64,000 nucleotides of DNA from Trichoplax sp. H2 (Eukaryota), in assembly GCA_003344405.1 (NCBI GenBank), contig NOWV01000132.1, positions 1 through 64,000 of the forward strand, written 5' to 3'. Shown one piece after another: positions 54,295 to 64,000 of this stretch (within the stretch, counting starts at the first letter, position 1; each line of letters opens with the position of its first letter). Below the pieces are notes generated by a model. That model did not search any database. It had not been told where the DNA came from and was given only the letters and a program-made list of their open reading frames with translations. Position numbers and translations under genes: made by a program.

Positions 54295-54895
54295 TGTTAC
54301 GGTTTAAGATATTATGTGATAATGTTATTGAAGAAGAAATAGACGGTTACGATTAAATAATCATAAATATTATGATCTGTTAATATTGTGAGATTCAATC
54401 GTTAATGGACTTCCATTAACGAATGTGTAGAAGTAAGGTACTTAATATGCCAATGACGTGTTATAACCAAAATGGCGGTTGTCACACTTGTAGGGAATCT
54501 GTTAGATCTTAAATTGTTAATTGGCGCTATAATATTATTAGCGCATAATAATATCAATTATCACATATTTGTTCGATAGTAATTAATAGGATTACAAAGC
54601 TATAGAAAAGACTAAGTTATGCATAAGAATAATTAACAGGTGGAAAAGGTGTAGATTTGATACAAGTATATAAGAGGTTGTAATTTACCTCGCTAGGGAG
54701 GAGGAAAATACGGAGACCTAATAAAGTTAGTTTAGTAAATTTATCCAGACGCTTCTAGTCCGCCTTTACTGTTGACTGAGGTCCTTCGCTGAAGTGGAGC
54801 GAGTAGTGACGCCTGGTGGCAATCTTACGGTAGGACAGAGGAGAGTAGGATAAGTGTGGAACGGGAATCCGATTGTTGCAAACGACGTTGTGACA
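54295..54895 (+). mobile_element. Solo-LTR-like element, family K (single copy)
   Basis: TGTTACGG...TTGTGACA, perfect TSD GATGC, GTATATAAG 54666, AATAAA 54720, terminal hairpin. Confidence 0.85.
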
Positions 54896-55399
54896 GATGC
54901 AATTTAACCAATTTGCGTGATCTAATAGTATACAACATTAAGCATAAAAGTATACTTTATTTCATAGCTAATAAGATACGAATATATCATATCTCTGTAG
55001 GAAATTTTTAGCAATCCTTTCGAAATTTAATTAAAATTCTAACCATTTGAAAAAATCAGGTACAGAATTTCATAGAGCCTAAATTTTTATGGAATATCAG
55101 GGATATCTTTTCAGAGAAAGTAAGGGGTTATATTCGATATAATGGGTAATACTTTACTAACGACGATATTCTTACTAGCGTCATTTTCCAATGTCTTTGT
55201 ATCAGTTAAAGTTGCTAACCAGAACTATTGTTTATCATCCGCTAAGGTCTTTATTCCAATTCTGAACATATATTTAGTCTGTAAACGCTAATTAATAACA
55301 CCTTAAATGTAAGATCAATTACTTTGCAGAGCCTTGAGGCTCTAGTTGCTATACTAGCATATGTATACTGTACAGTGTAAGCCGCTATTTCAAGAATAT

Positions 55400-55712
55400 T
55401 CACAAGTGTACCATCGGCGAAACTATAAAAAGCGGAGCACTAGCTTAGCTTCTCAGTTCCAGTTAGTCATTTGCAGGATCTTTTGACTATTATTGCTAAG
55501 AATATTCTTACGTTTTTCTTTAGTACATTTTACGACTAAGGTTAACGAAAATAAAGTAAAGTATTTAAACCTATTACTCAATAATAGTTTTTTGTGTGTA
55601 GCTGAGAGTTATTTCAACTACGATAGGTCCCTAAGTTAGTTGGGAACACAAGTACTAGTGAAGATAGTGTTTAAGACCCGGTTTCTTGTTACAAAGAAGA
55701 AGATTTGTAACA
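55400..55712 (+). mobile_element. 3' part of a probable solo-LTR-like element, family M (5' end not located)
   Basis: CTATAAAAAG 55422, AATAAA 55550, perfect terminal hairpin TGTTACAAA-GAAGAAGA-TTTGTAACA. Confidence 0.5.
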
Positions 55713-56828
55713 CCATCACTTTCTAAGTCCTTTTAATCTAGCTGTACAATACAGCGTATTTGCCAAGCCTCTATATGTTTTACACAGAGTAAATGTATGA
55801 TTATTGTAATTATATGTCGGTTTAAGTCACATTTTTTTAAATTTTATTTATATGGAAACTTTTTTAACACACTGCACAAAATTCCCCTTACCGGTGATTG
55901 AATTTTTCTACACTTCGTTAGGTTTGTATGCCCTTACTTATTGACTAAATTCTGTTTAGATAAAAATCACAGGTACCATGTCAACGTATCGATAATTCAT
56001 TAGGGTTAAAACATAAGCTAAGTAGCCCTTACTAAAATTATGATACAACATAGACATTTATCGACCGAGTCATACTCCGAAACATTTTATCTTTATAAGA
56101 CAGTACATAAGGGCGTTGCTAGCAGCTATTGATACAGAAATTGCGTTTTTCGATTATCAGAATCAACATGAGAAGGATACCAGTACATAATATAAGGTAA
56201 CCTGACCGTAATACCATTTTATACCAATATACTATCTATAGAACTTATAAAATACTATCTAATTTAGCAATAGGAATGAAATGAAGCGTAGTGTAGGGTA
56301 ATTTTTAAAATAGTAATAAATTCAAGATCAAACATAATCGTATTCAATTAAGTTTAAAACAATAGTTAAGAGCATATTATCATCGACATATTCTGGCCAA
56401 TTTACTTTACCATAATGACTTATTTATATGACTTGATCAAATGGAAATCCGGTATAAATTGTTTAGAACATTTTCTGTTCTACTAGAAGTTCTGATGAAT
56501 AGGTGAATAGGCACCCTATCTATCTATAGAAATACTGATCCATCATAAAGGGGCCATAAAATATAAATGTGCATATTTTATAGCAATTCAGTAAAATTGT
56601 TAATATCAACTTGCGCATTTTACATTCATGCTAATTAACTTCCTCTTTGATATGGATAGTTAAGCTTCTTAAATACCTCGAAATCGTATCTTTCAGATTA
56701 TTGTTCTATTCGTCAGTTTGTAAATTATTTAAAATCTGTTTTTCGTCTCTACTATAACGATGACTCGATAAGAAAGAAGAGCTTATAGGTATTATTTTAA
56801 TAGAAGGATACAATTGATCTCGGACCAC

Positions 56829-57688
56829 TGTTACAGTGTGAGAACCGTGACGGGTAACGATGTTATATATGTGGTTTTAAGTATATCTAAAATTATATTA
56901 CTAATTTACTATTGGTAAGGGCACATAAATTAGTTAAATACTTAGTTTATTAGAGAGCTCAAAGGTCATATCGTGTTATGATTATGATTAATCTTGTGTT
57001 ATATGCGTGCTGTAACGTACTATAAAGTATTTTATAAATTTATTCTGTTTTAAATCTAAGAATAACGATAGCTAATATTGTTTACTAGTATCCATTTTTA
57101 AGTCTGTATATGCTGTAGCAACTTACGATTGGATAGAAAGTATAAAAGCGAGTTACTTTTGACAATAATGGGAAACTGTCACAAACCAGCTTCGTGACAA
57201 GGATAACGTAAAACAAATCTCGAAATTACTATAGTCTCCTGGATTCAGTATCCCTTAACTACTTCACAAGAATTTAGACGCCTTTGATTCTACGTTAAAC
57301 TCAACCAGACAATTGAGAACTACTTCATTCAACTATCTGATGGGCTTATATACCCTTCTACAGCAGCTAACATTCATGAGTCATCTTATAAAAATACTTA
57401 GGTGAGAACATCTACTAACTAATTTTTCACAGTCGGATTACAACATGTCCATTCACAGAATCATTTCAGTGCACATTACAGTACAACATTAAATTTACTG
57501 TAACACATTTATAATTAGAGTAATTCCTATTGTAAGTAACTAGTTGTAATATATTATCACTATATTATATTAACCAAATTTAGATATCTATTTCTTCACG
57601 GTAGTTCGTATCGTGACAGGGACTTAGACTAGTATCTTTGTCTAAGTCTTGCCGGAACAGTTTCAGTGTTACAAAAGTGGCTTTAGCA
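56829..57688 (+). mobile_element. Solo-LTR-like element, family L, host of nested D
   Basis: TGTTACAGTG start, GTATAAAAG 57140, decayed terminal hairpin, TSD ACCAC/ACCAT. Confidence 0.6.
57177..57618 (-). mobile_element. Solo-LTR-like element, family D, nested in L
   Basis: Highly similar to 38982-39418; flanks GAAAC/GGGAC (imperfect TSD). Confidence 0.9.
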
Positions 57689-60600
57689 ACCATGTACTTT
57701 TGTGGACGCAATTTATCACCCTGTATATCAAGATAATTTAGATAGATACGTAAAACTTAAATTGAAGTACATATCATATCAAAAGCTGGGACTTAGCTGC
57801 ACATATAAGTAATGCGAGCCTTACATAACCAATTATGTTCGAATCTCGATTTAATGCAGAAAAATGACAATAATTTTATTAAATTATCTAATACTATTCA
57901 TTTAAGCTACGAACTCACATCCAATACACCTCGCGTGAAATTTTTGCACTTTGTAATATGCATAAACTCATTTTTGAAATTTTTAGATCGAAAATCAACA
58001 CTTAATCCATATACCTATCAAGTTATAGTACGTCATCAAAAATTGTAACTACGTTATTGAACCAATAGTGCAATTTCTCTAATGAATTCAATTTTTTTTA
58101 AAGTCATATGCGGTGTTGAGCAATATCTTTTGCACTAGCCTATTTGTATAACTGCATATTATTACCCTCTATCCTTTAGGAAAATAGTTGCAGCCCTTAG
58201 TTAGAAACAATCATTCCTCCGTGGACAATTGCTAATACAAAAATAAAATTGAATAAAATCCTTAAATAACCACACCATTTATGTAACTGCTATCAGTTCA
58301 CTTGTCTAAACAGTAAGGGATAGCAAGCGACAGTCAGCATCGCATAACGCATAATGCAAAGAAACAAGCACAGATAAATAAAAATTTCTTAATTATAGCA
58401 TCCCATTCTATAAATTTTCGGTACTTGTTCTATCATGATGAAATTTGCTACTATCACGAATGGTTTAAGTTCATGTTACTCGAAAAAATTAGCACTCCGA
58501 AACTTTTTCAGGTCTACTCATATTTCAGCATCAAATGTACGAAAGTATGTACAACAAGTACTTATCTTATATTCCCCGCGACTATTAAGGTCTTCATCAC
58601 TTTAATCTTACGGATAAGCGCACAAATTTTACGGCTTCAATGTAATCCATAGGAAACGGTAACTGCCTAGCACTAAAGACTGCCGAGCATGATGTGACTA
58701 TTGCAAACTAATGCTGATCATTTTCGGCTGATAACATACGCACTTTAATATTTCTCAATATTGCCGTCACTTATGGCGTTATACTTAATTTTATAGACAA
58801 ATGATTACTTCCACATTATTACATATTTACTGGAGACTAATTTTATTCTTAGCTTGCTATAACCCAACCGATTTTTAAGTAGAAATAAGATTTGTCTATG
58901 AAAGAAATCTAGTTTACCCGTAATCTTCTGACGATGGGAGATCCTCAATATTTAGAGTTTTACGGTAGGTAAATACCGGAAATAAACGTGACGGTAGACT
59001 TATAGCGTTAATTTCTTGTAGTAGTTTTAATCCCCCCATCGCAAAGTTCGATTTGAAATCAGGCCATATTTAGACAAATGAAGGTAAATTTTTGTTACAA
59101 ATTACTTACCTTACCTATTTCACTTACAAGCCATCATTGATAATCTAATGACCAATAGCTATCCTTTCATTAATGATTGCTACTAGTAGCCGCAACATAT
59201 CCTCTTTACTTCTACACAGATATAAGAATACTATCTACATTATTCAATTCTATGCTTCCGATAATTTATGATTCCGGCTAATTTATTAATTAAATGATTA
59301 TGGTACTAAGTTAATCAGCCCAAATTTAACTACAATATGCGATCGGGCTAAAATTGTCGTAAGACATCCCTTATTGTTGCTTAGATATAGATCTGAAAAC
59401 GAATATTGTAAAATTGTCTTATCTTCATTAAATTAAATACAAATAAAGAAATTTGTCTACGTTTCCGGATATCGCCACAAAATTTGTGAATAAAACATTT
59501 GCCCAATACAGTTTTGAATTTTATAACTATTAAACTCACAAAATTCATATTCGAATAACTGACATAAGATTTATATTTTACAATTTCTAGTTTACCATAT
59601 GCTATACATTACGTCTAACTTACAACGAATAGCATTTCTAATAGTTAGCACATATGGTACTAAAATACCCATCATCAACACCATCATTTAAATTGAATAC
59701 TGAGCAACAAAATGACCGTTGGACAGTTTACAGGCAATTTGTATTCGTAATGATGCAAACAAGTTAAGTCCCTTTATAAGATTGAATTCTGAAAAAGAAA
59801 TAGCCCACCAAATTTAAGATCAAGACAAAGCTTGCTTTAGCCGAACCTAAACAGGGGATACATAAGCATAAACCTTTATACTCAGCCTATTTCAAGTACG
59901 TTAATTAACTTTATTATTCATACATGCATTTTAAACTTGTCAAAATTACGGTAACTTAAACTTACAAACAAAATTCCTTATGTGGTCCCACTTCCAATTA
60001 GAAGACCAGAGAAATATATACCAATAAAAGTTATCTGAGAATATTGACAGTCTACCTTTCGGCATCTCAGCTTATCCTTCAAAGAACTCATATCCAATAT
60101 ACTTATTTGTATATAATATTTTTCACAAGGTCAAGTACTGTGCAAAAGTAGCGGCATAGCGGAAACAAATCTAAGGCATGAGAAATAAAGCAGTATTCCG
60201 TGTTATAGGTCGTATCTGAAATTCTCCGATATATACACTCAACACAATGTCTTTTACTTTTTTCTCCGCTCTTACTAACTTACTTTGTGAAATACGTCTA
60301 TTTTGCAAATCTGTTATTAGGCATACTATTATTAGTTCCAGCATCTCATTAAACTTTTTTTTGTCCTATATCAAATAAAAAATTTAATTTAGAACCTTAT
60401 CAGAGCTGAAGGATAGTCCATCTAATCATCACCAAGACCAGTCCATTCCGAACTGCAATTCTTAGCAAAAGATTAATGGGAAAACAAAGAAGCTATAGAT
60501 TACCCTACTCAGTGGGTGCGGTACTGTCTGTAGCTAAGCAAAAGCAGTAGCTGATTGAATTTATCGGTTCCTATCCGTTACTTTTCAACACATAATTGTA

Positions 60601-61133
60601 AGTTGCGAAAATAATAGACGGTAGTTTCTGTCTAGACAGGGAACCTTACTGAAATATTTTTACGTAAGTTACTAACGAAAGCACGATTAAATACTGGTTT
60701 CGATGCAATTTTATTAATGGCATATCATTAACCTAACAGTAAATACATCAGCCTATTAGTTTTACATTTATCTAGCAACTATAGCAACCGATTAATTTAC
60801 GCCAGGGTGTGCAACATTTCTCAACGAAACCAGATGATAAAAGATGACGCAAAATGAAGCCAGTTTTTTAGATCGATAATCCGTTATAAGCCTCCTTTTC
60901 TTAAAGATAACCTATAATAACATGATATAAAATAATATTTTTCAGTAAATTTAACCCAACATATTAAGAAATGAGATAGTGAGAATGATGAAGACGGTTA
61001 AAATAAAAAGTCAGGCTAGACAGAATATTAATGTATCATTTAGTAATGAAATAAAATATATCATTTTATATTCTCCAGCTTAAAATGGATCAATCAATTA
61101 GCGTTAAAATTTTTGAAGAGTTAAAAATCACGT

Positions 61134-61170
61134 TTGTTGCAGCTTAATGGAGAACATTAAGCTGCAACAA
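61134..61170. repeat. Perfect 16-bp inverted repeat with 5-nt loop
   Basis: TTGTTGCAGCTTAATG-GAGAA-CATTAAGCTGCAACAA. Confidence 0.9.
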
Positions 61171-63798
61171 TCGAATATTCATCTACAATTATGTCTGTCA
61201 CCCTACCATATTAAATGAGTTATTGAATAGGTGCATTGCAATTCATAGGCACAATTAAATGATAGAGACACCATCCTAGCGTATCCCCCATGTTTACATT
61301 GCGATAATTGTTTAAAATTCTTTGTTAAAATCATAACGTTATTTCCACTAATAGACGGAAGTTAAGGTCATCGCGGAGCCATTTTCATTCAAATGCAAAT
61401 GAAATCTCTTATGACAGTTCTATGATGAAAGTAGCTTAGCAGACAGAGCTGTTTAACATGATCTGAGTGAGTTTTAAATAAATTATACTTTTTATCAAAT
61501 TTTATAAAGCATTTAATATTCGCTTGCCGTCAATAATCGGCATGTGATTAAATGTACCATTATATAACAATTATGATAAGTTGTATATTTATTGATCTTG
61601 AAATTTAAGGTTGATCTAGTGCACGGAAATTTACACGTAGAAGAAATATCCGTTAAATACCCGTTAAAACGCCTTTTATAATCTATTATAACTAGGTAAT
61701 CGCAAATTGTATTTTAAATGTTATTATTGTTTTCAAGTTTCTTCCATTTCGATTCTCTTTATTGAACATGTATAAACGAGCAACAACATACCTCGTACTT
61801 ATATAGGAAATAATACTTCATTGACATGATAAAGTTAGATAACGTATGATGACTTGTATCGATTTTTTTAATTTAAATTTTTTGTGATCGTTAAAATTAT
61901 ATTATATTTGACGTGAAATTATATCAATAAGTTAGATTTGCACACCTAATATCGATTTTTCTAATGATTAATGGGCCTAACATGAAATAGATATAGTTAT
62001 TCCATCTTTCAAGTATATTAGAGTAATAAAAGCGCTCAATCGCTCTCTTCAATAATTAACTGATAAGTACATCAAATGGCATATTTGTGGTAGCTTTCTA
62101 AATTTGAGGAATTCCTTACAATGTATGGACAGATTAAATTAATTAGCGGTACCACTTTGGAGAACTATTGTTACTTTAGTTTGAATACCTTATCAAAATA
62201 AACTAATCAAGGGAACCATCGCTTCACAGCCCATTTTTTTTCAATTGCACGTAATATCTATTTCATTATTAGGCTAGACAGGTTTATTTATCAATTAAAT
62301 AGCCTTTTGATACGTCAAATGTGATGGAATAACTGATTCATCATTCTATAAAAAGATAATAAATTTTATGATAGAAGAATATCATTTAAGTCCCTACTTT
62401 TTTTTCTGTAGCAAATAATCAATCGGAAAAAGTGAAGAATAAAGAAACTTCTCTTATCATATGTCCCTTTCAATCTAGGAATCGTACTTTCTTTTCATTA
62501 CCTAGAATATCGTATTGATTTCCCAATGTAGCTAATAAATTAGGATAATAATAGCTCTTATTGCTGTCAACAATCTTGAATTTGTTTTGTTTCAAGTACT
62601 CCTTTGTCAATGATACAATTCATTTCATTCTGTTTTGATTAAGATGCTATCTAGATAAATCTCAGTATATGATTGATCTTAGTAGTTGATTTTCAAATTT
62701 AACTTATGGAAGTAATAAAACAATAATAATGATGGAAGAGTAATTATTAATCAGTAACTTAATAATATAAAATAAAGTTCTTCCATCTAATAATGGCCTT
62801 AAAATTCTGATTCGTCTCCAAAAATTCAAAAAGATTTTTTTTAGAGTAATAATTTAGTGTTTAGTTTTACGGCCATCATAAAATAATATAAGATTTAAAA
62901 ATAGCATTGACATTATCACATTATAAAGATCCAACTTTAATTAAATTAAAGATAAAATAATTTGTAATCCTGACTTTGGTGCGTTCTAACTCTAAAAGCG
63001 ATATCATACTTATCAAACGGATGCAACTGCTTCCAACTTGATTCTACTTTTACTAATGAACAATTAAAGTGAATTGTTTTATTCAAAAGAGCTATTCCAA
63101 GTAATTTAATGTAAACGAACAGCATTATTCACATAAATTTATATTACATGTAAATCAAATTTGATCAATTTTAACTGCTTAGCAAATTACAATAGTATTA
63201 CATTCTCTTTCATTTCTATTTAAATAACCTATTATAAACTATAGAATTGTCTAATTCCATTATCATCTCGATATTAAAATTCAATGCATTCAATTAATTC
63301 TAAATATTAATAGAAATAAAATTTATCGAAATCACAGGCGTTTTATGTGAGAATTGTTGTAGTCTTGATGAAAAATTTATTTTATTGACAGAATGCTAAT
63401 AGATGTCTTAATTAAAATAAAAGATTCTCTGTTTTTGTAAGTGACTATTCAATGAAAAAAGCAAGTATAATTGATTGCTCTAGTGATGTTAACTGTCAAA
63501 TCGGCGTTCAGTAACTACGAATAGGATGGTGGAAGAAGTCAAAATTTTAGAAAACTTTTAAATATCTCTTTCAACGGTATATCTACGCCATTCATAACTT
63601 TTCTCCAATTCGAAGATTAAGTGATAAGGAACCGACATTTTCTGTCTAAATAGCATCAAAATCAAGCCTTACTCAAATATAATCATTCACTTTATCTGAA
63701 AAGAGAAGTTTTACAAGGCGTCAACTGTAATCAGGTTTCTAAAATATAAATAACGCTACAAATATCGTTCGATTCGTGATATTAAAATCTCGATCAGA

Positions 63799-64000
63799 AT
63801 GAGTCTAAATGCGCTTATTACATATAATACCACCAAGCCATTTAATCGCTATGCCATGGCTGCTATTATAACAGCCCCAGTCCTCGTTACCAACATCGGC
63901 GTGGTAATGTTAATAGTATGCAAAGATCGTTTGAAAACTCCATCCAACGCAATCTTGTTAAGTAGCTGTGTGGTTTGCCTCGTTTTAGCGATCGAATTAA
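63799..64000 (+). CDS. Orphan rhodopsin-like 7TM GPCR, paralog 5 (5' part only, runs off the window; absent from the ORF track)
   Basis: Manual translation MSLNALITYNTTKPFNRYAMAAIITAPVLVTNIGVVMLIVCKDRLKTPSNAILLSSCVVCLVLAIEL aligns with the N-terminus, TM1 and TM2 of paralogs 2 and 4. Confidence 0.93.
   Translation, partial: MSLNALITYNTTKPFNRYAMAAIITAPVLVTNIGVVMLIVCKDRLKTPSNAILLSSCVVCLVLAIEL

Overview
AT-rich eukaryotic DNA. The base composition and GPCR style suggest an early-branching animal such as a placozoan; this is inference, not proven. The window holds a co-oriented tandem array of five single-coding-exon, paralogous rhodopsin-like 7TM GPCRs on the + strand: 3964, 15502, 28521, 47586, and a fifth starting at 63799 that is missing from the ORF track and runs off the window. 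All four complete receptors have rewired class-A motifs: no D2.50, and NPxxY replaced by HPxL. The spacers hold about 24 solo-LTR-like elements of about 13 families (my labels A-M), 300-630 bp long, with TGT...ACA ends, mostly 5-bp target-site duplications (TSDs), a TATA box and AATAAA. I found no gag/pol or other internal retroelement sequence. Main structural findings: (i) an inverted pair of near-identical family-A copies with swapped TSDs, implying that 37618-40180 has been inverted; (ii) repeated LTR-in-LTR nesting, often just downstream of the host TATA box; (iii) a 3'-terminal stem-loop shared by otherwise unrelated families and kept by G-U pairs, plus one compensatory base-pair change; (iv) element-free zones of 3-7 kb upstream of each GPCR start. 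All alignments were done by eye.
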